A stretch of 63,944 bases of DNA, the filler included, from Octopus bimaculoides (lineage: Eukaryota), in assembly GCF_001194135.2 (NCBI RefSeq). It is 11 parts of 9 records of this genome, joined end to end, with 100 filler letters (N's around TTAATTAATTAA, not from the genome) between each part and the next. Parts side by side here need not be neighbours in the genome. Positions count along the whole stretch, not along the records: positions 35,196 to 47,556 come from NC_069002.1; positions 47,657 to 50,511 come from NC_068981.1; positions 50,612 to 58,165 come from NC_069009.1; 8 more parts are not named here. The stretch is one strand, 5' to 3'. Of the stretch, positions 36,630-50,879 are shown piece after piece; within the stretch, counting starts at the first letter, position 1, and every line of letters begins with the position of its first letter. A program made the position numbers and the translations under genes. Below the pieces are notes generated by a model. It was not told the DNA's origin. It was given only the letters and a program-made list of their open reading frames with translations, and made no database searches.

Positions 36630-38113
36630 TAGAGAGTGTTGGGTGGAGTGCTGTGATGAAGGTTATTGTGCGGTTTTTAGAAAATTGGCGATAACATGGA
36701 AAAGTGGAGCGAATAAAAGTGCTTGTGGGAGAAATTATGTTGTAAACACGGAAGAATAGGGTTGATATCATGGCCGACATTGTTGATGACAATAACTGTA
36801 ATGAAGCTGATGAGGATGGAGGTAAGCAGGGGGTGGTGGTGTTGGTGGTCTTTGTGTGTGTGTGTGTGGAGGGGTGTTGTTCATGAGGGTAGGGATGATA
36901 GCTCTGGCAATNNNNNNNNNNNNNNNNNNNNNNNNNNNNNNNNNNNNNNNNNNNNNNNNNNNNNNNNNNNNNNNNNNNNNNNNNNNNNNNNNNNNNNNNN
37001 NNNNNNNNNNNNNNNNNNNNNNNNNNNNNNNNNNNNNNNNNNNNNNNNNNNNNNNNNNNNNNNNNNNNNNNNNNNNNNNNNNNNNNNNNNNNNNNNNNNN
37101 NNNNNNNNNNNNNNNNNNNNNNNNNNNNNNNNNNNNNNNNNNNNNNNNNNNNNNNNNNNNNNNNNNNNNNNNNNNNNNNNNNNNNNNNNNNNNNNNNNNN
37201 NNNNNNNNNNNNNNNNNNNNNNNNNNNNNNNNNNNNNNNNNNNNNNNNNNNNNNNNNNNNNNNNNNNNNNNNNNNNNNNNNNNNNNNNNNNNNNNNNNNN
37301 NNNNNNNNNNNNNNNNNNNNNNNNNNNNNNNNNNNNNNNNNNNNNNNNNNNNNNNNNNNNNNNNNNNNNNNNNNNNNNNNNNNNNNNNNNNNNNNNNNNN
37401 NNNNNTATATATATATATACACATATATATATGCATATCAATTTATGTCGGCAGACACTTGTTAAATATTAATGTGTGTATATGTGTGTGTATCGGTGTG
37501 CATGCATGTGTATGTGTTTATCTTTTTGTTCGTTTGCGCGTTCGTGGTTGCCGGCATCCCAAGTTAGACATATTCAGAGGTGCAGAAATTGTCAGGTGTT
37601 TAATTTGATAGACGTATAGAACATGATTGTTCATAATGTAACCTGAGAGGGCGGGGTGTATGGTGGGCGGGTGTTTATGAAAGAACAAACACTGATGGTG
37701 GTGGTGGCTGGACCACCTTGATGGACTATTACAGGCCTCAAGTTAAACAAGTCCGCTCAGTAAACTTTGCACAAATCTCATTCGCGAACCTTCGGATTCA
37801 TTACTGTGCTTTAAATACAAATGCAAAGAGGTCGCCTTTACATTTCATCCTCTCGATATCGATGAAATACAAAAACACTTGAGCATTGCTACTCGATTTA
37901 ACTGATCCCTCAAATTTGCTGGCTTTCTGTCAAAATTAGAAAGACTTACAGGAGCATAGAGACTTCGCTATTTCATATAAAATAGTACCTGGGTTTTCGA
38001 ACAGCTCTGATCACGAATAAATCGTGCTTTATATATATTATATATATTATATACCTACATACATACACACATGCATGCACACACACACACCCTCACACAC
38101 ACACACACACACA

Positions 38114-38216
<103 letters not shown>

Positions 38217-38441
38217 TTATATATGTATGTATGTATGTATAGGAATAACACTAGAAACCCTAGAGATCCGGTTAGTTGTTTCTCTCTTTCTTACTTCATT
38301 TTCTCTCCCAATTCATCATTCTCTCATTCTCTCATTCTCTCATTCTCTCATTCTCTTTGCCATCCTCGCCTCTTTCTGTAATTTCATTCTTATTCTCCCT
38401 TCTTCTCCCTTAGTCTTTCCTTTCCGCTGTAACACACCCGC

Positions 38442-38490
<49 letters not shown>

Positions 38491-39169
38491 CAAACACCCT
38501 CTTGCTCGCTCGCACACGCACGCTCACACAGTCACACACAAACACAGACGCATGCAGACACACACGCCAGCAAAGATACGCATACATGTATACGGACACG
38601 CACACANNNNNNNNNNNNNNNNNNNNNNNNNNNNNNNNNNNNNNNNNNNNNNNNNCACACACACACACACACGCACACACACACACACATACACGCACAC
38701 ACACGCACATACACGGACTGTCTCTCTATCAGACATTGAAACACACACATACGTACTATTCATTCAATCGCGCGCAAACACACATACACAACACACACAC
38801 ATACACAACACACACACATACACAACACACACACACATACACAACACACACACATGTGCTCTCTCCCTCTTCTACACGACCCTCTCTCTTTTTCATAACT
38901 GCACACATGCATTCTCGCTTTCTCCTTCTCTGTCTCTCTTCCATAAGAACACTTGCACTCACACACACACACACACACACGCACATATGCTTTCTATCTA
39001 TGTGTCTGTCTCTTTCTCAAAGAGACAGACACATAGATAAAACACATACGCAGACACTGACGTAAAATTCCGCGGTATATACACGAACACACACAAAAAT
39101 ACCCCACCAAAACAGATACACCCAATAACACTATACATGGACACAGTGAGCCAAACACACACGCACAGG

Positions 39170-39210
<41 letters not shown>

Positions 39211-39444
39211 ACAAACACACACACGAACACAAGCGCACACACGAAGATAAAGATACACAACAACGAAGAAGTACACAGACAAGTATAAAACAGACAATAC
39301 AGACACACAGACATGACCGCATGCTATACATCTAACAACGACAATAGACCACCAATCAGTGCATTTTCTGTCACCCATGTGTCACATGACTAGCGTAGAG
39401 GGCGTTTGTAGTAGGAAGACCTGCATGTGCATGGAGTCAGGCTG

Positions 39445-39539
<95 letters not shown>

Positions 39540-40080
39540 ATATATATATATATCTATATATATATAAATATATATATNNNNNNNNNNNNNNNNNNNNNNN
39601 NNNNNNNNNNNNNNNNNNNNNNNNNNNNNNNNNNNNNNNNNNNNNNNNNNNNNNNNNNNNNNNNNNNNNNNNNNNNNNNNNNNNNNNNNNNNNNNNNNNN
39701 NNNNNNNNNNNNNNNNNNNNNNNNNNNNNNNNNNNNNNNNNNNNNNNNNNNNNNNNNNNNNNNNNNNNNNNNNNNNNNNNNNNNNNNNNNNNNNNNNNNN
39801 NNNNNNNNNNNNNNNNNNNNNNNNNNNNNNNNNNNNNNNNNNNNNNNNNNNNNNNNNNNNNNNNNNNNNNNNNNNNNNNNNNNNNNNNNNNNNNNNNNNN
39901 NNNNNNNNNNNNNNNNNNNNNNNNNNNNNNNNNNNNNNNNNNNNNNNNNNNNNNNNNNNNNNNNNNNNNNNTATATATATATATATATATTAATAATAAT
40001 AATATGACAACAAAAGAATGAATGAGACCTCGATATTATGTAAAATAGAGGAATTTATCTATAAATATTATATAGGACAA

Positions 40081-40241
40081 TCAGTTAGTTGTCATAATAA
40101 AACTCAGAGTTTCGGATACCGGGGCTGATGCCTGCTCCGGCGAATCATCTTTTATTATTTGTCTGAATAACCGATGAGATGCTGGAGCAGGCTTCAGCCC
40201 CGATATCCGAAACTCTGAGTTTTAATATGACAACTAACCGA
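40081..40241. repeat. ~69-bp inverted repeat with decayed hammerhead-like motifs (PLE-like inverted termini)
   Basis: Arms 40081-40149 and 40173-40241; right arm reads UUGUC..AUAA-CCGAUGA-GAU..AUCC-GAAAC-UCUGA-GU-U-UUA..GACAA. Confidence 0.7.
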
Positions 40242-40721
40242 TGGTTCTATATTATATATATATATAATCACATGTAATACACAAACATCCATACATACCC
40301 GTATATATGTGTAAAACTGCAACGTTGTAAAGAAATAACGAATGAATATCATTAACTTATAACGTTTGTACCGAGGTAGACAATAACATTTGTACATATA
40401 TTCCTCTGCTATGGAATTTTCATTCTTAGTAATAAACTGAGCAACGAAGATACACGTTACCAATTCAATTTGTAAGAAGAACTGTTAAAATATGCAAGAC
40501 TTTTCTCAAGTCGTTCTTTATGTTCTTCGTTGCTCTTAAATTCCAACGAAGGGGCTGAGAATATATATATCTATATTTTATTTTTATTAGTAACGAAATT
40601 CTTCAAATTTGGAAAACTGTGATTATGGATTTGAGACCTGAGTATCTGGGCGGTTTTGATACAATTTTGGATATGTTGTGCTTGTTTGAAACTAGAGCAT
40701 GGCACACTTTTCTACTAAGTA

Positions 40722-40775
<54 letters not shown>

Positions 40776-40803
40776 TATCAGCCTACCATTCTAAGTATCT
40801 ACT

Positions 40804-40834
<31 letters not shown>

Positions 40835-40967
40835 ATATATANNNNNNNNNNNNNNNNNNNNNNNNNNNNNNNNNNNNNNNNNNNNNNNNNNNNNNNNNNN
40901 NNNNNNNNNNNNNNNNNNNNNNNNNNNNNNNNNNNNNNNNNNNNNNNNNNNNNNNNNNNNNNNNNNN

Positions 40968-41010
<43 letters not shown>

Positions 41011-41448
41011 CATATATATATACATATACATGAAAATAGATGTACGCATATGTATATTTGTATGTATCTATGTAGATGTGTGCATATATAGATATGTGTG
41101 CGTGTGCACATACACACACACATGTATACATTGTATGCCCATACATGTATGTGTGTGTGTGTGTGTGTGTATGTGTGTGTGTTTGGGAGAGAGAGTGAGA
41201 TATGGTGAAGGCAGTGTTATATACATAAACATAGGTGTGTATGAAAATTACATACAATTAATATCTTTGCCATTTAATTAATTCATTTTCTACAAATAAT
41301 TCGCATATCTACTCTTTAAGATTTAAGCCAATATAATTAATTAATCATGCAAAAACATAATGAATAACAACAACAACTAATTAATTAATAGATTTCGCAT
41401 ATTAATTCACTAATTCCTCCCCACTTCCCGTAACATACTCACTCACAG

Positions 41449-41498
<50 letters not shown>

Positions 41499-42419
41499 CC
41501 TTTGGACAAGTACTCTTTCTAAAGTATTCTGTAGTCTACGTAAACGATTGAGTATATAGGAATACTTACACATACATACATACATGCATACATACATATA
41601 TATATATATGTATAGACACAAACGCACATATAAACAAACACAAACATACTCTCATATAAATAGAGAGACACACACATACAGATATATATATATATCTACG
41701 TGTACTTATATAAAAATAAATATTTCCATATGTACATATATGCATCTGTATAGCTATACACATATATACACATGTATATGTTCATAATTATATATATACA
41801 TATATATATGTATATATGTATATATATATGTATGTGTATATATACGTACATGCATGCATATAGATACTTATATATTCACATCTATTAATTTATATATCAT
41901 ATGTACATATGTAGGCGCCTTTGTACTCTTGTATATGTCCACATATTTACAAATATATACACATATATTCTGTATATTTATATATGTCCATATACATACA
42001 CATACATATACACATAGGTACATACATACACATATACGCACATTTAATGCAAATAGTTTCACATGCATCTGTTTAATTAACTGAAACGTACGTTTAACCC
42101 TTGCTTAATAAATTTTGACGTGTATTTAACCAGAAGGCTTTCTTTATCTAACTTACCAGAAAACAGCCTGACTACGTTCGCTAAATTATTTTACCGTTTT
42201 ATGAAGAGTTTTGTCTTCCATTATTCTTCAACAACCGAAAGTTACCATTTATTCAAAATGCTATGCATTACAATCCTGATTTATTTCATTTACGTTTCAG
42301 TATATTATACGTTGGCAGTGTTCATTATTGAACTAAAGTAATTAGACATCGAATTAATTATCTTAAGTAAAGTATCCGAAGATAGATTTTTTTTTGCTTT
42401 AAAACTTTTACTAGTTTTA

Positions 42420-42830
42420 TTTCCTGGAACCCAGCCACACCGGTGCAGCGCCATGGAAAGGTTTAGTGTAGCAAATCAACCGTAGTACTCATTGGTTGTT
42501 CTTTTGTCGGTCATTTTCGCCGAACTGCTAGAGCTACACTGACCAGTGACGTAAACAAACCGATTTCCAACTGGTGGATGGGACACACACAAGGAAGCAC
42601 TCGAATACGCGTGCGTGCGCACACACATGCACACACAGACAGACACACACGCACGCACCTATCCACGCGTGTGTGGCTGTGTGGTAAGAAGCTTGCCTCG
42701 CAGCCACATAGTTCCGGGTTCAGTCCTATTGCGTGGCATCTTGGACAGGTGTCTTTGGCTATAGCCATGAGCTGACCAAAGCCTCGCGAGTGTATTTGGT
42801 AGACGGAGACTGAAAGAAGCCCCCCATATA
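42420..42830. mobile_element. SINE family A pieces in opposite orientations (3' half minus 42420-42600; 5' half plus 42666-42830)
   Basis: GTAGTACTCATT..GCCGAACTGCTA..ACGTAAACAAACC and GTGGCTGTGTGGTAAGAAGCTTGC..GAAAGAAGCCC. Confidence 0.75.
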
Positions 42831-43219
42831 TGTATATATATATATATACTCTTTTACTTTTACTTGTTTCAGTGATAACTTTTAGTTAAGGCGATAGCAT
42901 ATTTCTCAGTGTTTGGCCATGAGTACATGTGTGTGCGTGAGTCTATGTGTATGTTGAAGTGCGTGCGTTATATGGCGTCTCTAATATATATATACACGCA
43001 TATATATATACATATATATANNNNNNNNNNNNNNNNNNNNNNNNNNNNNNNNNNNNNNNNNNNNNNNNNNNNNNNNNNNNNNNNNNNNNNNNNNNNNNNN
43101 NNNNNNNNNNNNNNNNNNNNNNNATATATGGGAGAATATACAAATAATAACAACAGACGAGGACAGGTGGTGTAAATAACAAAAGGATATATTAGTATGA
43201 CGCTCGGGAATACGGAAAG

Positions 43220-43256
43220 TCTTTGACGTTTCGAGCTACGCTCTTCAACAGAAAGA
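43220..43256 (-). ncRNA. Minimal type-I hammerhead motif with non-canonical CUGUUGA core
   Basis: UCUUU-CUGUUGA-A-GAGC(GUA)GCUC-GAAAC-GU-C-AAAGA; all helices perfect, A6 replaced by U. Confidence 0.65.
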
Positions 43257-43984
43257 ATACGGAGAAAACAAGGAGAAAAACACGGAGAAAAAAAATTGAA
43301 TAGTGTTCAGTCAACGGTCAATCATATCTATATGTGTCTGTGTGTGTGTGTGTGTATAAATATGCATATGTATATGTTTGTTATGTAAGAGACAGATCTT
43401 ATACTCACAAACGCACGCACACGCAAAGGAGAGTGAGATGAGAAGAAGAGAATGAGAGTGAATGTTTTTGTGAGAGAGAGAGAGAGAAAGGGAGAGAGAG
43501 TGTGTGTGCGTATGAGAGAGAAACAGATATTGTGTGTGTGTGGATATGAGTGAGAGAGAGAGAGAGAGAAGGAGAGAGAGAGGGACAGAGAGAAAGAGAG
43601 AGAGAGAGACTAACGGCTGTTGAGCCAATCAGCTAAGTGCCCGCTACACAAAAACACTGATTTCATATCAATATTACATTGCAAGCCGCTATCCCTGTCC
43701 CTTCACCTACTCCCGCCACACACAAACACACACACACACACACACACGCACACACACACACAGCCCCCACCCCACAAATCACACACACACATTTGTCACA
43801 AACACATCATAAATACCACAGCAGTCAATCCTCAATCATGTTCACTGTTGTCATGTTAGAGAACGGAACAAATATAAAAATTAGCCCACAGCATTCCACA
43901 TGGAATTTGAAGACGAAAGAAAAAAAAAAGAATTAATAATAAACAATGTTTTAAAGTTTATAATTTTTTTTTCTTCTTCATTTT

Positions 43985-44785
43985 GTCTTCTATCTCTTAA
44001 CTTGTTTCAGTCATTGGACTGCGGCCATGCTGGGGCAACACATTTAATGAGGTTTTTTCCGATGAAGAAATCTACTCCAGTTTTTGTGTATGATGTTCTT
44101 ATATTGGTCCACTTTTACCGAAACACTAAATCACGCTGACGTAAACAAACCAACACCGGTTGCCAAACGATGGTGGTAGACAACCACAATTAATCACGTA
44201 CCTAAATATAAAATATATATATATGTGTGTATGTGTGTATGTGTGTGTGCATGTATATGTGCAAATATAAAGATTCACGCATCTATCTATCTATCTATCT
44301 ATCTATATATATATATATATNNNNNNNNNNNNNNNNNNNNNNNNNNNNNNNNNNNNNNNNNNNNNNNNNNNNNNNNNNNNNNNNNNNNNNNNNNNNNNNN
44401 NNNNNNNNNNNNNNNNNNNNNNNNNNNNNNNNNNNNNNNNNNNNNNNNNNNNNNNNNNNNNNNNNNNNNNNNNNNNNNNNNNNNNNNNNNNNNNNNNNNN
44501 NNNNNNNNNNNNNNNNNNNNNNNNNNNNNNNNNNNNNNNNNNNNNNNNNNNNNNNNNNNNNNNNNNNNNNNNNNNNNNNNNNNNNNNNNNNNNNNNNNNN
44601 NNNNNNNNNNNNNNNNNNNNNNNNNNNNNNNNNNNNNNNNNNNNNNNNNNNNNNNNNNNNNNNNNNNNNNNNNNNNNNNNNNNNNNNNNNNNNNNNNNNN
44701 NNNNNNNNNNNNNNNNNNNNNNNNNNNNNNNNNNNNNNNNNNNATGGTTGGGAAGCGAATTTCTTGCCACACACCCATGCCTATA
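43985..44785 (-). mobile_element. SINE family A spanning an assembly gap
   Basis: 3' half at 43985-44190 and head remnant at 44744-44785 on either side of the N-run. Confidence 0.7.
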
Positions 44786-44844
44786 CACCGCTGTATTAAA
44801 AAAAAAGAATTTTTACTTTGCTTGCTATTATTAACTTGTCTTGC

Positions 44845-45480
44845 AAGACGGCGAGCTGGCAGAATTGTTAGCACTATGGTTTAAACTTTTAGCTGCATTT
44901 CGGCCCGTCGTTACGTTCTGAGTTCTAATTCCGCCAAGGTCAGCTTTAACTTTGGTCCATTTCGGGGTCGGTAAATTAAGTACCTCCCCCTCGCCAAAAA
45001 AAAAAAAAGAAAATTTCAGGCCTTGTTTCTGTAGTAGAAAAAATTATTAATTACAATTTTGCCACACAAATTTATTAATAAAACTTTTTAGTCGAATTTT
45101 ATTAAACGCTACGGGTTTTCTTTTCTACTCTAGGCCTGAAATTTTTTGGCGGGGAAGGGGCCAGTCAATTAGATTGACCCAAGTCCGCAACTGGTACTTA
45201 ATTTATCGACCCCGAAAAAATGAAAGGCAAAGTTGGCCTCAGCGGTATTTTAAATTGTTACTGATTTTCTAAACGATATATTAAGTGTTTAAATTTTGGG
45301 GGACGACTTAAGTCAATTACATCGACCCCAGTACTCAAATGGTACTTAATTTATCGACTCCGAAATGATAAAAAGACAAAGTCGATCTCGGCGGAATTCG
45401 AACTCACAGCGTAAGAGCAGACGAAACACAACTATGCATTTCGCCCCGCGTACTAATGATTCTGCCAGCTCACTGCCTTA
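44845..45480. mobile_element. Cluster of three Nin/Deu-domain SINEs (one plus 44845-45050; two minus 45115-45250 and 45290-45480)
   Basis: GGCGAGCTGGCAGAA heads and TTTCGGGGTCG.TAAATTAAGTACC domain in both orientations. Confidence 0.8.
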
Positions 45481-45973
45481 CTAAAGCAGTAATAATGATA
45501 ATATATTGTATAGGTGTTAATACGGTGAGGTGAGGGTCAAATAATTTAGTAGACTCCATTTTGTGTTCACCGCTGCACACAAACATGCACATATATGTTA
45601 AATGTGTCTGCGCCTTAATGTATTGCTTCAGTCATGTGACTGCGGCCATACTGTGTCGCTCTCTGAAAGAATATTAGTCGAAGGAATCGACTTTAGTGAA
45701 TATTTTTTTCTTTCAAAGTCTGGTAATTATTTAATCTGTGTCTTTTGCCGAGGAGTCAATAACTTACGGGAACCTAAATATATCGACACGGCATGTCAAG
45801 TGGTAAGGTGAAGGCAAACTAGCACACACCAAAATACTGACATACACACACACACAGACATATGCATACATACATACATACATACATACATGCATATATA
45901 TATATATATACACATATATATGTGTGTATGTATACATGTATATATATATATATATGTATGTATGTATGTATAC

Positions 45974-46024
<51 letters not shown>

Positions 46025-46834
46025 ATACATACACACACGTAGACACAATCACACAGACACACACATGGTCAGACAGACACACACATACATACATGCACAC
46101 ACATATATATATACACATATATATATTTGAATTGGATTTAGCATTCAAAATAATGAAACACGTTATTATTATTTAGATTGATTGAAATATATATGTATAT
46201 TTAGTTGAAGTTAGAATTAATTAGGATTTCAAATATTGCAAATAGAGCAAGAGAAAAGCCAAAGACAAAATTAAAAATGAAATAAAAGAAAGAAAGAAAG
46301 TAAGAAAGAAAGCGAGAAAGAAAGGCAGAAAGAAAGAAAGAACGAAAGAAAGAAAAGAAAAATTTCTTTGAAGGCAAATGTCTGCTTTTGTTATAGACTC
46401 GGGTTGAACAAGATTTCGTAGTATTCTCTCGTTTTTCACAGACACAAAGATATGGAAAAATAAGAGACATGGAGATGCATTATATATATATACATATATA
46501 TATATATATACATGTATGTATATCTATGTGTGTATATATATATATACNNNNNNNNNNNNNNNNNNNNNNNNNNNNNNNNNNNNNNNNNNNNNNNNNNNNN
46601 NNNNNNNNNNNNNNNNNNNNNNNNNNNNNNNNNNNNNNNNNNNNNNNNNNNNNNNNNNNNNNNNNNNNNNNNNNNNNNNNNNNNNNNNNNNNNNNNNNNN
46701 NNNNNNNNNNNNNNNNNNNNNNNNNNNNNNNNNNNNNNNNNNNNNNNNNNNNNNNNNNNNNNNNNNNNNNNNNNNNNNNNNNNNNNNNNNNNNNNNNNNN
46801 NNNNNNNNNNNNNNNNNNNNNNNNNNNNNNNNNN

Positions 46835-46875
<41 letters not shown>

Positions 46876-46895
46876 AATATATATATATATATCAA

Positions 46896-46928
<33 letters not shown>

Positions 46929-47045
46929 CATGTATGTATATCTATGTGTGTATATATATATATACGCATATATATATATAAATAAATAACAAACGATGGA
47001 TAATATATACATAATACATATATATATGTACGTCAAAATACATGG

Positions 47046-47111
<66 letters not shown>

Positions 47112-47503
47112 ATAAAAACACGTATGCACACATTTAGCACTGCGTTGTTTCCTGTACACGATACGTATAGAAATGAGTCACATAAGTTACATCTCATTTT
47201 CTTTCAGGCATTTATTCGCTGAAAGTGCTCTATTATCATTTTTAAAATTAGTTGGTGTCATGAGCAATGTCTATGCTAAATAATCAGAAAGTTATAAACA
47301 ATCTCTGATAGAGAAATTTTATATATATTTTTTAGGAATTAAAATTCCAGACGTTTTGCTGTTTGGTTTCCATTGGAAACGAACAGCCATTTGACATGTG
47401 AATATATATGGATACATACAGATGTACAGGCTACTTACACTCACGTTTATTAATATACAGTGACAATATATATATATATATATATATGTACATGCATGTA
47501 TAC

Positions 47504-47556
<53 letters not shown>

Positions 47557-48284
47557 NNNNNNNNNNNNNNNNNNNNNNNNNNNNNNNNNNNNNNNNNNNN
47601 TTAATTAATTAANNNNNNNNNNNNNNNNNNNNNNNNNNNNNNNNNNNNNNNNNNNNTACACATACATCTATATATACTTGACGGTAGTGTCAATCAGGAG
47701 CTCCATCAGATACAACCTGCAAGCCAAGGCTGAGCATGGCAGCGATGCATGCGCAGGGGCAAATTCATGCACAACAAACAGAACCGTGTTGCCTATAGCT
47801 GCACGGTTTCCTTGCATCCCCAGTGCTTTGGAGACCTTACCTATGGGATTACCCTTGTATTGAGCATTCCTCTTTCATTTGTCCAATAGATGCATATGTG
47901 AGAGAGAGACACACATTTGTCATGATTGCATGGTTACTCTACAGCCATACAGTTTCTGGTTCAGTCCCACTGTGTGGCACCTTGGGCAAGTGTCTTCTAT
48001 TATAGTTCTAGATCAGCCAGTGCTTTTTGAGTGAACTTGGCAGGCAAAACTGTAGGAAACCTGTTGTACATGCATCTGTGTGTATATATTTACATATGTG
48101 CAAATGCATGTGAATATTAACATTCCATAGTTTCACTTGACAAAGCCTGTAATATGATGTTTACATGACTTGTTGAGATTATGATCAGCCACCATACATT
48201 CGTGAAGACTTGTGGAATATTAACAAAATCCTTTGTTTGAAAAACAGGTAAGGATTAGTGACACAAATACATATGAGGAACATA

Positions 48285-48950
48285 TATGAGGTGGTATCAA
48301 AAGGTTCTGATAACTTATATACCTTTAACATCATCTCCTTCGAAATAGTCACCTTGTGCAGCAATACACCAGTCCCAGTGTTTCTGCCACTTTTGGAATA
48401 CAGCCTGGAACTCGTTTTCCAAAAGCGAGTTGAGGACCTTCTGCAATTCATTCTTGATTTCGACAAGAGTGTTAAAATGGGGACCTTTGAACTACATTTT
48501 CCCCTTGGGGAAGAGATAGAAGTCTACAGTTGATAAATATGGTGAATAGGGCAGGTGCAGAAGCAATACCAAGTTGTTTTTAGTGAGAAACTCACAAGTG
48601 AGGACAGCTCGATGACAGGGTGCATTGTCGTTGTGAAGAATTGGATTCTTCATGCTTCACAAATCCAGTCACTTTCATCGAGTGCCCTTCCTCAAATCAG
48701 ATTGTCCTCTGATGATTCTCATGCACAAGCTGATGAATTTTCTCCACATTTCCAGGGGTGACGCTTGTGGATCACTCATCGTCTTCCAGGGAGATTCTTC
48801 TACTTTTGAAGCACCCGCATCACTCAAAACATTGCATACAACCCATTGCCTCCAACGTCCCATTCATAACAAAAATCACAGACTACAGCATCATCTGCCT
48901 ATTGAAGCTCTGAGATGCATTGGAAGTTGGTTAGTTGAAGAAACTGTAAT
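48285..48950 (-). mobile_element. Internally deleted mariner element (HTH region joined to C-terminal catalytic part) with TIR
   Basis: LHNDNAPCHRAV..HLPYSPYLSTVDFYLFPK..WQKHWDWCIAAQGDYFEGD; TIR TA-TGAGGTGGTATCAAAAGGTTC at about 48283. Confidence 0.85.
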
Positions 48951-49691
48951 CTAGCTATTATGGATAGTCCACCATCAAACCCATATCTGATATGTGTATG
49001 TGTCTCTGTATGTAAGTATATACATATCAAGTCAGCCCTAATTAGTTCAATACCAATGCATAAGCACAACATCATTAGCTGTGATTATTGTGTTTTGATT
49101 TGTATAATTTATATTGTGATGTTATTGTTTAACTCTATGTCAGCTCTGATGAAGTGGACCTACTACCAAAGGTAATGCAGCAGTCATCATTCCAACTATT
49201 TTTTATGTGCAAGGAACTCTGATGCAATGTGTAGCAATTTTTAAGATAAGGCAATAATTTAAGAGATTTGATTGCTATTTCTAGCAGGCCGAGTGACCAC
49301 ACAAGACTCCCACATCAGCCTGTATATTATGATGTAATTATATTATGCATGTGTGTGTGATATTATGTAATATGACAAGATACCTGACATGGTGCATATC
49401 ATTTGATACATGATAGTGAGTACGTGACTGCAAATAAATGTTACAAATTTATTAAATAAATGTTTATAAGTAAAAGAGAAAATTATATTAATCTGATTTA
49501 ATCAATGGTCAATCAAAATTGTTACCATTACTATGCTAAATTTTTCACTTTGATGTGACAATTGCTAATCTCCACCATAAACACATACCTCATATTAAAC
49601 CTATTCCATTATTTAAAATAATCACTGTTGCTACGACAGGATAAATGATAAGTCAGCTGATAGGCGCGGTACTTTTTGTGTGTATATGTGA

Positions 49692-49747
<56 letters not shown>

Positions 49748-50301
49748 CAATATTAATATCAACCAAAGTTGCTCGTGTATGTGTGTTCGTCACATATACA
49801 TGAACACCTTAAAAGGGAGGAGCATCTTTTAAAAATCTGAGATTACTTGGCATGATTTTTTTTTTTTAAATGCAAAGAGTGACTTCAGAAAATGAAAAAA
49901 TATGTAAACATCATTAGCTAAATCATTTAAAAATGTATGTGATATGATAATTCGCAAGAATATAAATGTATAGCTCTTGACGATATATGTGCAATTACAA
50001 AATCTTTATTCCAAGTGATGTATTCCATCATTAGATTTGTACAAGTGTATTTTGCGTGTGTCACAGATATACATAAAAATGACCTGTCTGTAAATATATA
50101 TTTATAACTAATAATTAATGGATATACCTTTGCGAATCGGTATGCTACTACTATATATATATAATATATATATGTATTATATTATATTATATATATATAT
50201 GTTTTATATTATATATATGTTTTATATTATATATTATATATATGTGTTTTATATTATATATTATATATATGTTTTATATTATATATTATATATATATGTT
50301 T

Positions 50302-50346
<45 letters not shown>

Positions 50347-50453
50347 TATATATATATTATATATTATATTATATATTATATATTATATATATATTATATA
50401 TTATATTATATATTATATATATATTATATATTATATATATATTATATATATAT

Positions 50454-50486
<33 letters not shown>

Positions 50487-50626
50487 CGTTTTATATATAT
50501 ATATATATATANNNNNNNNNNNNNNNNNNNNNNNNNNNNNNNNNNNNNNNNNNNNTTAATTAATTAANNNNNNNNNNNNNNNNNNNNNNNNNNNNNNNNN
50601 NNNNNNNNNNNTCGTCATTAACATTC

Positions 50627-50862
50627 TAAGGCAGCGAGCTGGCAGAATCATTATTATGCCAGGCAGAATGCTTAGCAGCATTTTGTTCATCTTTATGTCC
50701 TAAGTTCAAATCCCGCCAAGGTCAACTTTGCCTTTCATCCTTTCGGGGCTGATAAATTAAGTACCAGTTACGCACTGGGTCGATGTAATCGACTTAATCC
50801 CTTTGTCTGTCCTTGTTTGTCGCCTCTATGTTTAGCTCCTTGTGGGCAATAAAGAAATAAGA
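50627..50862 (+). mobile_element. Nin/Deu-domain SINE, full length
   Basis: CTAAGGCAGCGAGCTGGCAGAATC..GTCAACTTTGCCTTTCATCCTTTCGGGG.TGATAAATTAAGTACCAG..GGGCAATAAAGAAATAAGAA. Confidence 0.9.
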
Positions 50863-50879
50863 AAACTCTCCGTATTCAC

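Noticed and set aside
42301-42337. 37-nt exon after a strong polypyrimidine tract
   Set aside because: Two of three frames are closed and the donor is weak; no homology
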